A stretch of 42,303 nt of DNA from a virus, in IMG/VR virus record IMGVR_UViG_3300045988_094189, positions 1-42,303 of that record; one strand, given 5' to 3'. Shown here piece by piece: positions 20,589 to 30,959 of this stretch. The notes beneath the pieces are model-generated. The model ran no database searches and was not told where the DNA came from. It saw only the letters and a program-made list of their open reading frames with translations. How positions within the stretch are numbered: the stretch's first letter is position 1; each line of letters begins with the position of its first letter. The position numbers were made by a program, and so were the translations under genes.

Positions 20589-22558
20589 TGGAAACAACAT
20601 CAATATGGGTTAAATACCAAAAAGGTAAAGATTTCATCAATAAGAAAGCACTTATACAGAATACGCAGAAGAACTGGAACTTTTATTTAGGAAACCAGTG
20701 GGAGGGACTTGAAAGCGGCGGAGAGAAAATGCCGATGTTCAACTTCATCAAAGGCGTTGTAAAGTACAAAGTTGCGGTTATTTCACAAAACAAAATGGCT
20801 GCAAGGTATATAGATCCCGAAAGCCGCCCCGAGTACAAGGGAATATGCGAAGCACTGAACAAAAACTTTGAGAAACTGTGGGAAAACGGCAAATTTGACG
20901 TCAAATCGTGGAATACCGTCAAAGGCGCAGCTATAGTAGGCGACGCATATCTGTTTTGGGGCAATTCAGACGCTACAGACACACAGGTTTTGCCTAATGT
21001 AAACGTGCTTTTGGGTGACGAACAGCAGCCGGACCTGCAGAAACAGCCATACATTCTGATAATTGAGCGTTTAAGAGTAGGCGAGATTAAGCGAATGGCG
21101 AAGGAAAACGGCTTGCCGCAGGAGAAAATAGACCTTATTGTGCCGGACGAGGAAAAAGAGCTTGTCATAGGCGACAAAACAGAGGTTCAAAACCCCGATG
21201 ACGAAAAATGCCTGTCAATTCTCTATATGGACAAAGACGAAAACGGCTATGTCAGAGTAGGCAGAGCAACAAAAACAGTCGAGTATGAGCCGGTAGAGCC
21301 TTTAACGAGAAAAAATCAGCGTGGAGAGGCTACAGGAGGCTTAAAGGCATACCCGATAGTAAGTTACATATGGGAAGACGCACCGAACTCAGCAAGAGGG
21401 CTTGGAGAAGTAGAACAGCTTATTCCAAACCAGCTTGAATTAAATAAAACGCTTGCAAGGCGTTCAATCACAGTAAAGCAGACAGCGTACCCGCGCATAG
21501 CGTATGACAGAAGTGTGATTGATAACGAAGAGGATATAAACAGAATAGGTGCTGCAATCGCATTAAACGGCGGCGGCGCACAGTCTGTATCGCAGATGAT
21601 TTCATACTTAAACACAACGTCAATGTCAGCAGACGCACAGTATCTGTCAAACGACTTACTGGAGATAACGAGAGACCTTGCAGGTGCGGGAGATGCAGCA
21701 ACAGGTAATGTAGACCCTGAGAAAGCCTCAGGAGAAGCTATCAATGCAGTAAAAGACGCTGCACAAATGCCATTAAATGAACAGGTGGCAAAATACAGCC
21801 AGTTTGTAACAGACATTGCATACATAGCATTAAACTTATGGTTTGCATACAACAAGGATATTACTGTCTCATACGAAGACGACTTCGGGCAGCGACAGGA
21901 ACTGCAGATAACACAGGAAGATATAAACAATCTTCAGCCGAACATCAAGATAGACGTATCCTCAGACAGTCCTTGGAGCAAGCAGGCTGAACAGCAGGAG
22001 ATAAAGGAACTGTTTATGCAGGGCCACATCACCTTAGAGGAATATACAGAGCTTATGCCGGACAACTCATACATTCCAAAAGCGAAACTGAAAATCATTC
22101 TTGACAAGAGAAAAAATCAGATGATGAATCAAACGCCTATGGGACAAATACCTATGGAACAGATGGAACAAATACCTGCAGAGCTTGACGACGACGAAGA
22201 GGCGGCGGCAATAGATGAAATGGCACTGCAGATGATGAACACAGAGGAACTTGACGATGAAGAAGAAGCTGCAGCTATAGACGAGGGTGCAATGCAGATA
22301 ATGCAGGGCGAGGGCGCTGTAGACGAAAACGGCGAACTGACAGACGGAGCATTAGACGAAGACGCACTTGTAGAAAGACTGCTTGCCGAAGCAGAAGCCG
22401 CAGAATGGCAGAATAGCCGTTCAGTCAATAAAGAACTTAAAGAAATCCTTGATAAATGCCTTGAAGAGGGGCTTATCGACAAGGAAGATTACGAAAAGGC
22501 TTTGCAGAACGGCTTATCGGAAGAAGAAATTGAATACCTAAAGAGTTTACTCAGTTAA
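20588..22558 (+). CDS. Portal protein with long acidic C-terminal extension
   Basis: 656 aa. The N-terminus KNWNFYLGNQWEG is typical of SPP1-Gp6-type portals, and the gene follows terL. The C-terminal ~150 aa are D/E-rich with an internal duplication. Confidence 0.85.
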   Translation: METTSIWVKYQKGKDFINKKALIQNTQKNWNFYLGNQWEGLESGGEKMPMFNFIKGVVKYKVAVISQNKMAARYIDPESRPEYKGICEALNKNFEKLWENGKFDVKSWNTVKGAAIVGDAYLFWGNSDATDTQVLPNVNVLLGDEQQPDLQKQPYILIIERLRVGEIKRMAKENGLPQEKIDLIVPDEEKELVIGDKTEVQNPDDEKCLSILYMDKDENGYVRVGRATKTVEYEPVEPLTRKNQRGEATGGLKAYPIVSYIWEDAPNSARGLGEVEQLIPNQLELNKTLARRSITVKQTAYPRIAYDRSVIDNEEDINRIGAAIALNGGGAQSVSQMISYLNTTSMSADAQYLSNDLLEITRDLAGAGDAATGNVDPEKASGEAINAVKDAAQMPLNEQVAKYSQFVTDIAYIALNLWFAYNKDITVSYEDDFGQRQELQITQEDINNLQPNIKIDVSSDSPWSKQAEQQEIKELFMQGHITLEEYTELMPDNSYIPKAKLKIILDKRKNQMMNQTPMGQIPMEQMEQIPAELDDDEEAAAIDEMALQMMNTEELDDEEEAAAIDEGAMQIMQGEGAVDENGELTDGALDEDALVERLLAEAEAAEWQNSRSVNKELKEILDKCLEEGLIDKEDYEKALQNGLSEEEIEYLKSLLS

Positions 22559-22559
22559 T

Positions 22560-22586
22560 AAAGGACCTTAACAGGTCCTTTTATTA
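22560..22586 (+). terminator. Intrinsic terminator after the portal gene
   Basis: aaaggacc-ttaaca-ggtccttt followed by tattat. Confidence 0.7.
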
Positions 22587-22617
22587 TACAAATTTTAAAA
22601 AGAAGGAGACGTAAAAA

Positions 22618-23250
22618 ATGAGCGAATATCTCGACAACATAGGCGCAGAAGAGCAGGAAGTCGCCGAACCTGCAGAAGAAGTTGTCACAGGCGAAGAAGA
22701 GCAGGAGGTCGCCGAACCTGCAGATAAGAGTGATGCCGCATTTGCGGAAATGAGACGTGAAAATGAGCGGTTAAGACTTGAAATTGCACGCAAAGATAAA
22801 GCATTAGGGTTTTACTTTGACGGAGACAACAAGGAAGTACAGGCAATAGCGCACGCTATGGGACAGGCTCCCGAAGATGTGCAGAAAGCACTTGATACTG
22901 ACGCTGAGATTTCACAGTTAAGAGCAGACCTACAAAAGGAAAGGGCAGAGAGGGTAATGGAAAAAGACCTTGCCGAAATTCAGAAGATTGATTCCAACGT
23001 CAAATCTCTTGACGACTTAGGAGAAACTTACGCCAATTACATCAGAGCAGGCTTATCGGGAGTAGAGGCATACGCCGCAATAAAGGCAAAGGAAAACCTC
23101 AACACCGAAACGCCGCCTAAGACCATTGGCAACCTTTCAACAGAGCCTGCTAAAAAAGACTTTTTCACAAGTGAAGAAGTAGACAGAATGTCTCCTTCCG
23201 AACAACTTGCAAATCACGACGCCATTATGGCAAGTATGGCCAAATGGTAA
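22618..23250 (+). CDS. Scaffolding protein
   Basis: 210 aa, acidic N-terminus with a duplicated EEQEVAEPA motif, coiled-coil core. It lies between the portal and capsid genes. Confidence 0.7.
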   Translation: MSEYLDNIGAEEQEVAEPAEEVVTGEEEQEVAEPADKSDAAFAEMRRENERLRLEIARKDKALGFYFDGDNKEVQAIAHAMGQAPEDVQKALDTDAEISQLRADLQKERAERVMEKDLAEIQKIDSNVKSLDDLGETYANYIRAGLSGVEAYAAIKAKENLNTETPPKTIGNLSTEPAKKDFFTSEEVDRMSPSEQLANHDAIMASMAKW

Positions 23251-23267
23251 AAAGAAAGGAATAAAAA

Positions 23268-24104
23268 ATGAGCTTTAACAACTTCAAACCTCAGATATGG
23301 TCAAACGAGGTAATGACACAGCTTGAGAGAAAATGCGTTTTTGCAGGTCTTACAAACAGACAGTATGAGGGACAGGTAAAAAACGCAGGCGACAGCGTAA
23401 GAATACTTGGCGTTGCAAGACCTACAATCTCACAGGCAAACGAAACAAACTTTACACTTGCAGATCCGGAAGAAGTACCAACTTCCGCTACAACTCTTAA
23501 CATCAATCAGATTAGAACATTCAACTATATGGTTGGTGATATAGACCAGCAGCAGATGAAAGGCAATTTAAAGCCTGTATTATCCGGAGAAACCACCAAT
23601 GCACTTGCAGAGGAAATCGACAGCTATATTGCAGGAATGGCACTCACAAAGGAAGCTAAGCTGATGAACGCTTCGGCACTTAAGATTGAAACTGCAAACA
23701 TCTTAACAGAGCTTGACAAGGCTTGGCAGTACCTTGTAGAGAACAACGTTCCTACATCTGAGACTATCAACGTAGTAATGTCGCCTAGATTCTGGGTGCT
23801 TTTAAAACAGAGAATCATCGACTTAGACACTGACAACTCTAAGTTAATCAAAACAGGACAGATGGCGAAATACTCAAACATGAACCTTATCATGTCAAAC
23901 GCCGTTGCAACTACTAACGGCGGTGCTGTTGATAACATTATGGTTATGTCAGAAAAGGCGATTGCATATGTAAATCCGCTTACAAAGACAGAAGCCTACA
24001 GACCTGAAAAGAAAATGGCAGACGCTATTAAAGGATTCACTCTGTTTGACGCAAAAATCGTTAGACCTAAAGAACTTATCGTAATGAACGTTAAGTATGC
24101 GTAG
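23268..24104 (+). CDS. Major capsid protein (P22-coat-like family)
   Basis: 278 aa. PQIWSNEVMTQLERKCVFAGLTNRQYEGQVKNAGDSVRI matches the N-terminal pattern of short P22-type coat proteins. It follows the scaffold gene. Confidence 0.8.
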   Translation: MSFNNFKPQIWSNEVMTQLERKCVFAGLTNRQYEGQVKNAGDSVRILGVARPTISQANETNFTLADPEEVPTSATTLNINQIRTFNYMVGDIDQQQMKGNLKPVLSGETTNALAEEIDSYIAGMALTKEAKLMNASALKIETANILTELDKAWQYLVENNVPTSETINVVMSPRFWVLLKQRIIDLDTDNSKLIKTGQMAKYSNMNLIMSNAVATTNGGAVDNIMVMSEKAIAYVNPLTKTEAYRPEKKMADAIKGFTLFDAKIVRPKELIVMNVKYA

Positions 24105-24118
24105 AAAGGAGATAGAAA

Positions 24119-24487
24119 ATGGCTAATACAAACGTGACACCTGTAAAGGTAAAAGACGTAAACACTATTTCTCCAAAACTGATAGACAACGCTGTAGCGG
24201 CAACGACTGACAACTTCATTGTAGACGTTGCACAGTCAATGGACAAAAAGCTTGTATTCATTGCTGACAACTCGGCAAGCACATCTGCAGCCACAACAAT
24301 CACAGTTAAGGCAGGAGCAAATGTGGCAGGCGTAAACGACCTTACTCTTTCCGTACCAAAAGGGGAAAAGGCGTTTTTCCAGTTAGACAGCAACGCTTAC
24401 ATGAACGCAAGCGGCGTTAATAAAGGGAAAATCGTTATCGCAGTTAGTTCGGCAGACTGCAAACTGGCAGTAGCAGAGCTTCGATAG
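24119..24487 (+). CDS. Head-associated structural protein (decoration candidate)
   Basis: 122 aa, beta-rich. It lies immediately after the capsid gene and before a strong terminator. Confidence 0.55.
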   Translation: MANTNVTPVKVKDVNTISPKLIDNAVAATTDNFIVDVAQSMDKKLVFIADNSASTSAATTITVKAGANVAGVNDLTLSVPKGEKAFFQLDSNAYMNASGVNKGKIVIAVSSADCKLAVAELR

Positions 24488-24493
24488 TTTAAT

Positions 24494-24525
24494 GAGGGCA
24501 GTTTAATACTGCCCTCTTCTTTATT
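24494..24525 (+). terminator. Intrinsic terminator after the capsid operon
   Basis: gagggcagt-ttaat-actgccctc followed by ttctttatt. Confidence 0.8.
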
Positions 24526-24538
24526 AGGAGAAAGACCT

Positions 24539-24946
24539 ATGACGTGGTTAGAATTAAAAAACATAATCAAAACGCTTGGTTTTGAGGAAAATTCAATATT
24601 GACAGAATATCAGGAAATAATCATAAACGCCTGCAATCTCTCAGTATCGACAATAAATGATATTGTAGTATCACGACTTCAAGGCTACTTCAAATCACAG
24701 GACAAGGATTGGGTTAAGCCGGAGATAACGCCGTTCACAGCGGAAACTCCCGACGATTTTGAACTTGAAATGCCGAAACTGGTACACAAACTCGTACCGT
24801 ACTTGGCGGCATATCATGTATGGCTTGACGATGACGAGCGAAAAGCAATCTACTACTACAATATGTATCAGGATATGAAAGATGAACTGGTAGGCGAATA
24901 CACAAGAGCAATGAAAGCAACGATTGTTGGAGGGTATGACATATGA
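24539..24946 (+). CDS. Head-tail adaptor candidate
   Basis: 135 aa. Assigned from its position only. Confidence 0.45.
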   Translation: MTWLELKNIIKTLGFEENSILTEYQEIIINACNLSVSTINDIVVSRLQGYFKSQDKDWVKPEITPFTAETPDDFELEMPKLVHKLVPYLAAYHVWLDDDERKAIYYYNMYQDMKDELVGEYTRAMKATIVGGYDI

Positions 24947-26955
24947 GCAAAATGAATGTTCCTGCCGCTCCCACACTTTATCATACATACTATAAGGAAT
25001 TAAAAGGGGCTGACTTTTCAAGGGACAGAACAGAAGTTGACAGAAAGAGATCACCCGACCTTTTAAATATGATTTCTGATAACGGCGGAAACCCAATTAA
25101 AAGGCTAGGTTGGCGAAAAGTCGCAGACACATCGGGAGAGAAGATAGTAGACATATTCCACACAGGCGGCTCTTTTTATGTAATCACATCGTCGCACCTG
25201 TTTAAGTTCAGCGAATCGTGGGTAAAAGATGACACATTCACGATAACCCACACATCAACGAACCCAAAAGGCTTTGTGTTCGGCGGAAACATATACTTTT
25301 TCTTAGGCACAAAGATAATTTACATAGACACTTCAGACACATCACACACAATAGCAGACCTCACAGGTCAATATCCTGCAGGCGAAGCAAAGATACCGAG
25401 AGTATCAATTTCAAGAAGTCCCGCAGGAAAAGACGGCACATTACTGGAAGATGTCAATATGCTTACTCCTTGGCAGTGTAACACATTCTTAGGCGACAGT
25501 ACATCAAAGGATTATATCTTATCGTCTAAGAAGATATTAAGCGGCGCAGAGTATATAAAGGTCTATGTAATGGATTCAAACGGCGAATTTCAGTTAAAGA
25601 CCTATGGCACAGACTACACACTTCCTGCAGCTGTAGAAACAACAGGCAAGGGCGTAAACGGAGCAAGCTATACATTCAATGTGTGCGACGGAAAAATCAC
25701 TTTTAAAGAAGCACACGCACCTGTAGTCACAGGACAGGACAATGTCAAGGTAGAGTTCATATCCTTTGACGAAAAAAACGGACTTTATAAGGACAGGAAA
25801 GGTATAACAAACCCATACGATGTTGTAACATATGGCTACTCAAAAGAAGATAGAGTATTCATCGTTTCATCGTCAGAGCGAAACAAGATATTCTACTCAG
25901 AGGTTGAAAGCGTGGCATACTTCCCTGACCTCAATTACCTCACTGTAGGTAACGTTACCGCTGACATAGTAGGCTTTGCACGAATGAGTTCATACCTTGC
26001 AGTAATCAAAGAGGAAGTTTCAACAGATTCAACAGTCTTTCTGATAAGCGGCACAACAGTAGAGAATCTGACAGCGTTTCAGTGTACGCCTGCAAAAGCA
26101 GGTGTCGGCGGAATCGCTCAAAAGTCCATTGCAATGCTAGGTGACGAGCCGCTGTTTCTATCTCAGACAGGAGTTTACGGCATATCCAACTACTATGTAT
26201 CAAGTGAATACATAGTGCGAAACAGGTCATACCTGCTCGATAAGAAACTGTTAAAAGAGCCAAACCTTGATAAAGCAGTGGCGGTACAGTGGAACAGATA
26301 CTACATTCTGTGCGTCAATTCACATTGTTATGTGCTAGACGGACGGAACAAGGCAAACGACAAGAACAACAACACAGACTTCTTATACGAGGGTTATTAC
26401 TGGGAAGATGTCCCTGCAGTATGCTTTGCCAATATCGGAAATGAGCTGTTCTTCGGCACATCTGACGGGCGTATATGCAAGTTCAACTCAGACGTACCAA
26501 ACATCACAGCGTACTGCGACAACGGCACAGCAACAATAGGTGACGCAGGAGAAATACTGCTTACAGACGGTAAAGCAATTAAATGTGTGTGGTCTACTCC
26601 GCTTGATGATGACAACTATCCACAGTACTTCAAAACGCTAAATAAGAAAGGCACACTGCTTACTCTTATGCCTTATGACAGAACAAGTGTTAAGGTACGG
26701 ATAATTAAAGACGGAATAGAAGCCGCAGCACTTGAAACGGAAACCTTTGATATATTCAACTGGACCTTAATTGACTTCTCACGATTTACCTTTAACGGCA
26801 ATACGACAGCACAAAACGACCACTTCAACAAGAAAATCAAGAAGTATGTCAGACTTCAGATAATACTTGAAAACGAGGGCATATATGAGCCTTTCGGAAT
26901 ACTCGGTATAACAAAGACCTACAGTGTAGGTAATTTCTCAAAGAACAGGAGATAG
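24943..26955 (+). CDS. Large tail protein, beta-propeller-like (nozzle/stabilisation candidate)
   Basis: 670 aa with recurring blade-like segments (GGSFYVITSSHLFKF, GNIYFFLGTKIIYID, DRVFIVSS, NRYYILCVNSHCYVLDG, GNELFFGTSDGRICKF). Confidence 0.5.
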   Translation: MSKMNVPAAPTLYHTYYKELKGADFSRDRTEVDRKRSPDLLNMISDNGGNPIKRLGWRKVADTSGEKIVDIFHTGGSFYVITSSHLFKFSESWVKDDTFTITHTSTNPKGFVFGGNIYFFLGTKIIYIDTSDTSHTIADLTGQYPAGEAKIPRVSISRSPAGKDGTLLEDVNMLTPWQCNTFLGDSTSKDYILSSKKILSGAEYIKVYVMDSNGEFQLKTYGTDYTLPAAVETTGKGVNGASYTFNVCDGKITFKEAHAPVVTGQDNVKVEFISFDEKNGLYKDRKGITNPYDVVTYGYSKEDRVFIVSSSERNKIFYSEVESVAYFPDLNYLTVGNVTADIVGFARMSSYLAVIKEEVSTDSTVFLISGTTVENLTAFQCTPAKAGVGGIAQKSIAMLGDEPLFLSQTGVYGISNYYVSSEYIVRNRSYLLDKKLLKEPNLDKAVAVQWNRYYILCVNSHCYVLDGRNKANDKNNNTDFLYEGYYWEDVPAVCFANIGNELFFGTSDGRICKFNSDVPNITAYCDNGTATIGDAGEILLTDGKAIKCVWSTPLDDDNYPQYFKTLNKKGTLLTLMPYDRTSVKVRIIKDGIEAAALETETFDIFNWTLIDFSRFTFNGNTTAQNDHFNKKIKKYVRLQIILENEGIYEPFGILGITKTYSVGNFSKNRR

Positions 26956-26958
26956 AAA

Positions 26959-28323
26959 ATGGCGTTATTAAATGCAAAGATACTGGAAACAGAACGAAAT
27001 GCTGTTTATGTCAAATCTGTACCCGGTGAAAGACTGACAGGAAATGTTCAGCAGAACAAAGATGTATTTGATAAGTTCCCACAGCTCATTATGGGTAAAT
27101 ATAATGACCTTGTAGACTTGCTCATATCTCTTAATCTTGACAACATAACAACAGACTTATCGGACAGATACACAAAGACAGAAGCAGACGCAAAAATAAC
27201 AGAGGAAACCAACAGCCTTGTGGCTAATGTAACGATTAACACCGACACAGGAGTAATCACAGTTACAAAGAAAGACGGAACAGCTCAATCTGTAGATACT
27301 GCACTTGAGAAAGTTCCTGCAACATTTGAATTTGTAGAGGATACAGAAAACGATAAATACTACTTAAAGATAACAAATGTTGACGGCTCTACATCACAGA
27401 CAGAAGTAACAAATCTGATGAACCAGTTTACATTTACTTCGGGTGATATTGTTACATTCTCACAAAATACAAACGGCACGACAACGACAATTACAGCCTC
27501 AATTAAGGCAGGCTCTGTCGGGTTTAACGAATTAAAAAGCGAAGTCAAGGCTTATATTGACACTAAGGCGGCTGATATTTCAGCAGACAAGGAAATAGTC
27601 CTTGCCGCTAAAACAGAGGTTCTTAATGCTTCTCAGAGCGTCACAGCCAACACTACAATAGTGCTTAATGCTAAAGATGACGCACAGGCTGCGGCGAACA
27701 AAGCCAAATCATACGCTGTCGGTGGCACAGGCACAAGAGAGGGCGAAGATACTGACAATGCACAGTATTATTCAAATCAGGCTAATTTAAGAGCTAATGA
27801 TGCTCACGATTCGGCTGTAGCTGCAGAAGAAGCCAAAAACAAAGCACAGGAAATCGTAGGCGGCGATTTCCTTACTAAGACAGGTGACGGAAGCAATCTG
27901 ACTGCGACTTTTACGGAAACGGCTTCAAGAACAAACATTGCAACAGGTGAAAAACTTTCTGTAATTTTCGGCAAGATAAAAAAGTTCTTCTCTGACTTAA
28001 AAACAGTAGCATTTACAGGCAGTTATACTGACCTGAGCAACAAACCGACAATACCTGAGAAGAATAAAGTGTTAACTGGCTCACTTACTGTCGCAGGGTG
28101 GACTGCTGAAACAGACGGTTTCAAGCAGACTTTAACTATATCGGGACTTGCTACAAGCGGATATACATATACAGTTTATCCTAATTCCGCACAGTATAAA
28201 GTGTGGACAGAAGCAGGAATATATGCTGATGATGTTACAACAGCTAACAGTATAACATTTCATTGCACCGAAAAGCCTACAGTTGCAGTATCAGTAAACA
28301 TAAAGAAAGAGCAGGTGGGATAA
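26959..28323 (+). CDS. Tail fibre protein
   Basis: 454 aa. The central region is Ala/Lys/Asn-rich. It carries the motif AFTGSYTDLSNKPTIP, which is common in phage fibres. Confidence 0.7.
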   Translation: MALLNAKILETERNAVYVKSVPGERLTGNVQQNKDVFDKFPQLIMGKYNDLVDLLISLNLDNITTDLSDRYTKTEADAKITEETNSLVANVTINTDTGVITVTKKDGTAQSVDTALEKVPATFEFVEDTENDKYYLKITNVDGSTSQTEVTNLMNQFTFTSGDIVTFSQNTNGTTTTITASIKAGSVGFNELKSEVKAYIDTKAADISADKEIVLAAKTEVLNASQSVTANTTIVLNAKDDAQAAANKAKSYAVGGTGTREGEDTDNAQYYSNQANLRANDAHDSAVAAEEAKNKAQEIVGGDFLTKTGDGSNLTATFTETASRTNIATGEKLSVIFGKIKKFFSDLKTVAFTGSYTDLSNKPTIPEKNKVLTGSLTVAGWTAETDGFKQTLTISGLATSGYTYTVYPNSAQYKVWTEAGIYADDVTTANSITFHCTEKPTVAVSVNIKKEQVG

Positions 28324-29480
28324 TGGGTAATGTAATCAATATGATAGGCGGCGGTGAAAATGTAAATGCCGAAGTCGCTACACAAAAAACAGATATTGAA
28401 CTGCTTGCAAAACAGATAGCTTCTGTACAGCTAGACTTCAATTCAACATATGTATGGGGTAAATATACAGCTTCGGGCGGTGATTTACTTGATTATGTGT
28501 ATTCTACAGATAGTTCAGCATATCCCGATGGCGGTACACAAGGCGGTTACTACTATAAGATTGTAAGACCTGTATTAACCGGTATATCAATCACTACACA
28601 GCCTACGAAAACAACATATGCTGTAGGCGGTAGCTTTGACAGCACAGGTATGGTAGTTACTGCAACATATGATACAGGAGCAACTAAGGAAGTTACAGGG
28701 TTTACACTCTCACCGCGAACATTCAGTTCGGCAGGAACTAAAACAGTAACAATATCCTATACAGAAAATGGTGTTACAAAGACTGCGACGCTAAGCGTAA
28801 CTGTAATACAGGTTGGTAATTTTGCTACATCAACGTGGGCGGATATAAAAGCCGCAGTACAGGCAGGAATAAGCGGTTTAGATTTATCTGAATATTGGGC
28901 TGTAGGCGATACAAAATCAGTAACACTTACGACAAATGAAGTCATAGAATTACAGATAGCAGGGTTTAATCACGACACTTATTCAGACGGAGTAACAGCA
29001 CCAGTAACATTTATTATGAAAGACTGCTTGAATACTAAGGCACAAATGAATAGTAGTGACACTAATGCAGGTGGCTATCCTGCTAGTGCTATGAAAACTT
29101 GGGTTGAGAATAATATATATGACAAACTACCTAGTGATTTGAAAGCTATAGTAGCACCTGTTAAAAAGAAATGGTATACGACCTACAATGATGCAAGTTC
29201 ACTTAGCGAAGCAAACTATAATGTATGGCTATTGGCAGAAGCAGAAGTATTTGACAGTGTTTCTCTGACTGTTGGTAATGGCGAGGGTACGAAGTATCCT
29301 ATATTTACTGATAATGCTAGTAGGATTAAGAAGGTTAATGGAACTCCTGATGCTTGGTGGTTGGGTTCGGGCGGCAAGAGCGACAGCGGCTTCTTTGTTC
29401 TTGTCTATTCCAGTAGCTATGTCGGTCCCAGCTACGCCAGTACCTCTTACGGCGTAGCGGCGGGCTTGTGTGTAAGATAA
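28323..29480 (+). CDS. Receptor-binding/fibre protein with Ig-like domain and DUF6273-like C-domain
   Basis: 385 aa from ATG 28323. The Ig-like segment reads ITTQPTKTTYAVGGSFDSTGMVVTATYDTGATKEVTGFTLSP..GTKTVTISY. The C-domain carries WAVGDTKSV..MNSSDTNAGGYPASAMKTWV..WLLAEAEVF..WWLGSG..GLCV. Confidence 0.65.
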   Translation: MGNVINMIGGGENVNAEVATQKTDIELLAKQIASVQLDFNSTYVWGKYTASGGDLLDYVYSTDSSAYPDGGTQGGYYYKIVRPVLTGISITTQPTKTTYAVGGSFDSTGMVVTATYDTGATKEVTGFTLSPRTFSSAGTKTVTISYTENGVTKTATLSVTVIQVGNFATSTWADIKAAVQAGISGLDLSEYWAVGDTKSVTLTTNEVIELQIAGFNHDTYSDGVTAPVTFIMKDCLNTKAQMNSSDTNAGGYPASAMKTWVENNIYDKLPSDLKAIVAPVKKKWYTTYNDASSLSEANYNVWLLAEAEVFDSVSLTVGNGEGTKYPIFTDNASRIKKVNGTPDAWWLGSGGKSDSGFFVLVYSSSYVGPSYASTSYGVAAGLCVR

Positions 29481-29490
29481 GGAGGTAATT

Positions 29491-30366
29491 ATGAGCAATA
29501 AAAAAATACTACAAGGTCATAATAAAGCCTTAGAAAGTTTAGCTACTATAGCGGCTATACCACTTGAAAAAGCAGGATTGACAGCTTGGGCGAAATATAA
29601 CTATTTGCCGAAAATAAATTTAACAAACCCTACATTTAAAGCAACCGTAACAAGCACGGGAATAACTATTACAGAGGCTTCGTTCGATTTATCTCTTTTA
29701 ACGGAGGATAATTATAAAGAAATACTCGCTGGCTTTCATTACAAGAGTAATTCATATATGCATTTTGAATTGAACAGTTCAGGTACTCTTTATTTGTATT
29801 CCACATCCTCTAGTGCTAGTGAAGTCACAGGTTATAGTAACGGAGTAATTACAACAAAAACTATATATAACAACCTGGGAGAGTGGGATTTCATATATGA
29901 CGGAGAAAAGGTTTTTAGAACAGAATCAAAAACTCTTGTTGGCTATGTAGTATCCGATGACGAAAACGCTTATCCTGATAAAGCTGTTCATACTGATGGA
30001 TATTATTATGAGAAAGTTGAAGGCGGTATAACAGCTAAAATGTTCGGTTGTACAAAAATGGCAATTGATACTTTTGCGTTTACTGCGGACACACCAGTTA
30101 ATGCTGCCATAAATCATTCGTTAGGTGAAAAACCTAAATACTTATTCATTCTTATAAATGCCGAGCCCGCATCTGTTTCGGCTACTCGTATAAAAAAATT
30201 TATAGGATTTGGAACCGATAACAGCGATTTAATGGGTTATATGCTATACAATGCAACCTCTATGATTTCGGTCTATTTCGTTGCTACCGACACAACTGTT
30301 AAGTCGTATACATCCAATTATTACTGGTATGGTGGAATAAAGTATACGGTTATAACAATGGCATAG
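29491..30366 (+). CDS. Tail/fibre-associated protein
   Basis: 291 aa, SD TAAGGAGG, beta-rich. Assigned from its position. Confidence 0.5.
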   Translation: MSNKKILQGHNKALESLATIAAIPLEKAGLTAWAKYNYLPKINLTNPTFKATVTSTGITITEASFDLSLLTEDNYKEILAGFHYKSNSYMHFELNSSGTLYLYSTSSSASEVTGYSNGVITTKTIYNNLGEWDFIYDGEKVFRTESKTLVGYVVSDDENAYPDKAVHTDGYYYEKVEGGITAKMFGCTKMAIDTFAFTADTPVNAAINHSLGEKPKYLFILINAEPASVSATRIKKFIGFGTDNSDLMGYMLYNATSMISVYFVATDTTVKSYTSNYYWYGGIKYTVITMA

Positions 30367-30378
30367 AAAGGAGTATCT

Positions 30379-30768
30379 ATGTATTACAAACAAGTAGAAA
30401 ACAATATAATACTGTCAATAGGCACTTTAGAAGTTGCTAATGACAGTCTAACTGAAATAACAGAAACAGAGTACAAAAGTCTACTTTCAGTTATGGCAAA
30501 TAAACCTGTGGACACACTCGAATATATTTATCGTCTTTCAGCAGAAACAAACCAGTACGAGCCGTTTACTCGTACTCACGATGAGACTGTTGACTGGTAT
30601 GTAGGTAAAATTCTGAATGAGGAAATGATTATTGATGAAGTCCCCGAAACATACAGGGAAGAAGTAAAAGCTAAACTACCAAATAACGACTATGGTATTG
30701 ACAATACAACTTATAATAACATAATTGACGATTACACTATGGAGTTAGTTGAGAAAGGAGTTATATAA
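30379..30768 (+). CDS. Hypothetical structural-module protein
   Basis: 129 aa, SD GAAAGGAG. Confidence 0.55.
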   Translation: MYYKQVENNIILSIGTLEVANDSLTEITETEYKSLLSVMANKPVDTLEYIYRLSAETNQYEPFTRTHDETVDWYVGKILNEEMIIDEVPETYREEVKAKLPNNDYGIDNTTYNNIIDDYTMELVEKGVI

Positions 30769-30959
30769 TGAGTACGTTTGTAGAATCATTAAAGAGATTA
30801 TATAGTGAAAAACATTACATTACGCTAGACTATATACGTTCTCTGAAAGAAAAGAATAAGATAACACAGGAAGAATACGATTACATTGTTCCAGACGAAG
30901 TGTTAACTGTTGAGCAGTGTCTGAGTGAAATGGAAAGTGAGGTAGGAATCAATGGCTAG
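30768..30959 (+). CDS. Hypothetical protein
   Basis: 63 aa, SD GAAAGGAG, start abuts the upstream stop. Confidence 0.5.
   Translation: MSTFVESLKRLYSEKHYITLDYIRSLKEKNKITQEEYDYIVPDEVLTVEQCLSEMESEVGING

Noticed and set aside
20683-21930. Minus-strand ORFs inside the portal gene (20683..21177, 21364..21930, 21468..21701) and similar antisense ORFs inside terL, the coat gene and the giant gene.
   Set aside because: All are antisense to long, well-supported genes with recognisable motifs. They lack SD sequences and have skewed Ser/Cys/Phe-rich composition typical of shadow frames.
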